A stretch of 63,348 nucleotides of DNA, the filler included, from Pelomyxa schiedti (taxonomy: Eukaryota; Protista; Evosea): the NCBI GenBank assembly GCA_020536535.1. It is 15 parts of 15 records of this genome, joined end to end, with 100 filler letters (N's around TTAATTAATTAA, not from the genome) between each part and the next. Parts side by side here need not be neighbours in the genome. Positions count along the whole stretch, not along the records: positions 55,324 to 62,172 come from JAHLWZ010000522.1; positions 62,273 to 63,348 come from JAHLWZ010002882.1; 13 more parts are not named here. The stretch is one strand, 5' to 3'. The notes beneath the pieces are model-generated. The model worked only from the letters and a program-made list of their open reading frames with translations. It was not told the origin of the DNA and did no database searches. Of the stretch, positions 60,731-63,348 are shown in pieces. The position numbers were made by a program, and so were the translations under genes. The first letter of the stretch is position 1; each line of letters opens with the position of its first letter.

Positions 60731-62172
60731 ATGCTGGTCTCCCAAAAATCTCAACAACGGAAATACCCTTTACCACGATAATTCGCAAGGAATGAGCAGT
60801 TCCGTCGCACTGATGGTCGGAAATCAACAAGAATCATGCTGGTCAAGATTGCTGCTGACATTCCCAAGTGTGCCAAACTCCCTGGAGGAGTTTTTTTCTG
60901 CCCATTCTCATCCTTCACACAAGGTTCTGAGCTCAGCAAGATGTACATATGGCTTGGATCACCAGAGCTGAGAGTTCCTCGTTGCGTAAGAGTGTATATT
61001 AGTTCCGGTAACACCGTTCACAACGCAGCACTGATGGGTTGTCATTGGTTCAGGGCCTGCCACTTATCCCTGGCTTGCACACAGTACAATGCTTCACCAT
61101 CAATTTCAAGAATTGAGAATCCTGTTGTGGAGTCCCGCACGCAGCTTCAGCCATTATGGGGCACAGCAGGTGATTGCAACCACCTCAAAAACGAACTGTG
61201 ACTCCGCAAAAGTCTCCATCATCACTCGAGTTTTCTGCTCATACCGTTGCAATCGCAATCAAAACAAAAATCACCCACAATAATGTTTGACTATGGAAGG
61301 GGCACAGCTGGGAACGTCACGCCGGGTGCAACTGTTGAGGATGTCGAATTGAGGAGAAACCGCGTCGCCGTCGAGCATGTGTTGTCGTGGTCTCATTTGA
61401 TTCTGCAATCCGTGATACCGAGGCACTTTGTACTTGTGGGTGTTGAATCGTATGTCACTCCTTTTTTGATTACAATTGCATCAACATTTTTGATTGGGTA
61501 ATGGGGAATCACAATAAAACTTGTTTATTTATTATTCTTTATTATTCTTGTGAAGGGAGAAAGACCCTCAACCCGTGAGGGACATGATTACAATTGCATC
61601 AACATTTTTCCCCTTGCTGTATTGCATACGCAGAATCGTGGTCAGGGATGTCAGACCATACTTTGTTATTGGTGTTTGTTCACACCTCTCGTATGCACTT
61701 CCATTTGCCAAAGCAGTGGAGAAGGTGAGAAGTCTTTTTTTTAGTCCCCCTATTCAATGCTTTGTGAACTCACAGTGTGTTATTTCGTTTTTAACAAGAA
61801 ATGTGGCTGCTCTGGGCTCTATTTCCAGAACCATATTGGCGAAGCTATAAACTCGGGCAATGTTACCTTTGTGAGATATGCTCTTGAAAAGGAACTTGTT
61901 CACGGTTCACACTTTTCTCCTGCACACCTACTTATTCCTTGGCAGAAGTACTGTATTCTCTTCGGCAATATTGCCTGGCCACTTGCAGAACCGGGTGCCT
62001 TGAGATCACTCAAATTTTGTTTCAGAAGTTCCCTTCACTTGTTACTGACAGCAGCCATTGTGTAGTCATGTTCATGGAAGCCTGCCTAAACGGACACACA
62101 GAAGTTGCATCTTGGCTGAGAGATACCGCTTGTATTTCTGTTGCGTCACTACACTCAAGAGACCCTGACGAT
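60731..62172 (+). repeat. Near-identical duplicate of 57243-58719, including the 5' part of the ankyrin gene with a 1-nt frameshift at ~61796
   Basis: Colinear match with indels; TTAACAAGAAATG here versus TTAACAAAGAAATG in the first copy. Confidence 0.85.
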
Positions 62173-62278
62173 NNNNNNNNNNNNNNNNNNNNNNNNNNNN
62201 NNNNNNNNNNNNNNNNTTAATTAATTAANNNNNNNNNNNNNNNNNNNNNNNNNNNNNNNNNNNNNNNNNNNNGACCCT

Positions 62279-62587
62279 GTGAATGACTCTGTGTTCCTCA
62301 TCAGGGCTCCTCTTGCAGAACACAACTGCCTGTTGATTTGTGATTGCAATGACCCAACCAACCCCTCAAAAGTGGTTGTCTCCTCCATCATGTCAGATGA
62401 GGAGGAAGCACTCCACAGCCACGGCCGTGACATCTTTGAGGTGCATGCACAGTCAGGGTTCGTTGTGTGCACAGCAGGGCCACACTTGAGGGTGATTGAT
62501 CCATTCACTGGGTTCTGTGTTGTGACTCTCACATTTCCACTGTTCAAGGAAATCAACTTTGATCTCATGTCCACGCAAGCTTTGTGA
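62279..62587 (+). CDS. 3' part of an expanded-family beta-propeller-like protein
   Basis: VNDSVFLI...ICDCNDPTNP...AQSGFVV...LRVIDPFTGFCVVTL. Confidence 0.65.
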   Translation: MNDSVFLIRAPLAEHNCLLICDCNDPTNPSKVVVSSIMSDEEEALHSHGRDIFEVHAQSGFVVCTAGPHLRVIDPFTGFCVVTLTFPLFKEINFDLMSTQAL

Positions 62588-62860
62588 CAGTGGCAGACAA
62601 ACAACCATCTTTGTTCCAAGCCTACAAACCAAAACATTTGAGACTCGCACTGCGTGCTTCTGTGGGATGTGTAGTTCGTTGTGTGACAGCAAAGCAGAGA
62701 ACAAGAACGAGATCAAAGTTGACAACTCCAATAGTACCAGTCAGTTACCCCAAAAAAAAGTGGAAGTGTCCAACTGTGGGCTTTTGTGCCTTAATCTGTT
62801 TGAAGAAATCAATCTCCAGAGCTATCGCAGTTCACAGAACAACCGAAAAAGAAAAAGACG

Positions 62861-63151
62861 ATGATGGGGTTCGAGCTGGGGCGCAGCACCCTGCGTGCCC
62901 GTGACCAACTTGGTGTGTTGGCGTCGGCATCCACCATCACTCGTTTTTGCTGTTTCGTTGCTGGAGGCGGTGGCGATGACGTCACGGTGACGACGGCCAA
63001 GGCGACTGCAACTGCGCAGACTGGAGCCGCACCAAGAACCGCCACCACGACGCTCGTTACGTGGGGCCACGCTTTGGCCAAGCTGGTGTGGGACCTGGTG
63101 GTGTCCACGGCCAGGGTGTTTGTGATCGACGTGAACGCGAGAATCAAGGAA

Positions 63152-63184
<33 letters not shown>

Positions 63185-63348
63185 GAGAGGTGCTTGTGCG
63201 TGAGGGTGTCGCCGCTGCTGCTCAGCATCGTGGGCGAGATACAGGACAGGGCGCCGGGGTGTGGTGACATGTGGGTGGATGACACGCGGTACTTGGGGAG
63301 CACACTGCACAAGAAGGCGGTGGAGTGCGGCGATGGCGGGGATGGAGA
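62861..63348 (+). CDS. Expanded-family protein with ARDQ header; runs off the window (absent from the ORF track)
   Basis: MMGFELGRSTLRARDQLGVLASAS...ALAKLVWDLVVSTARVFVI...VRVSPLLLSIV, open to the window end. Confidence 0.75.

Overview
This is eukaryotic, intron-rich protist DNA, not prokaryotic. The window is a concatenation of 15 short scaffolds joined by an artificial N44-TTAATTAATTAA-N44 spacer, so gene order across spacers is meaningless. Nine internal 100-N gaps are mostly flanked by near-duplicate (haplotype or overlap) sequence. Genes use the standard code, have short (~35-110 nt) GT-AG introns with very degenerate donors, and are often head-to-head with <200 bp between ATGs. Recognisable genes are alpha-SNAP, the dynein-2 intermediate chain WDR60 (implying a flagellum), a SOS1-type Na+/H+ exchanger, an IST1-like protein, an SLC35F-like DMT transporter, Methyltransf_24 enzymes, and RING/B-box, LRR, ankyrin-like, zf-4CXXC and SPRY-like proteins. 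Decayed Tc1/mariner and Sola-like DNA transposons are also present. An expanded family with an 'ARxQ...HxRCG..SP..LWD' N-terminal header suggests, from recall only, an archamoeba such as Pelomyxa. The three best candidates for undescribed biology are (1) a duplicated, decaying head-to-head gene pair of a small flavodoxin-like (TIR-like or UPF0004-like) alpha/beta protein and an IFI44-like GTPase with a SUEL/DUF3395-like C-terminal domain (12.9-16.7 kb), (2) a bacterial-type HD phosphohydrolase fused to an AMPK-beta-type glycogen-binding CBM48 (19.0-20.2 kb), and (3) the F-box-like header family fused to diverse C-terminal domains. All gene models were spliced by hand and no database searches were run.
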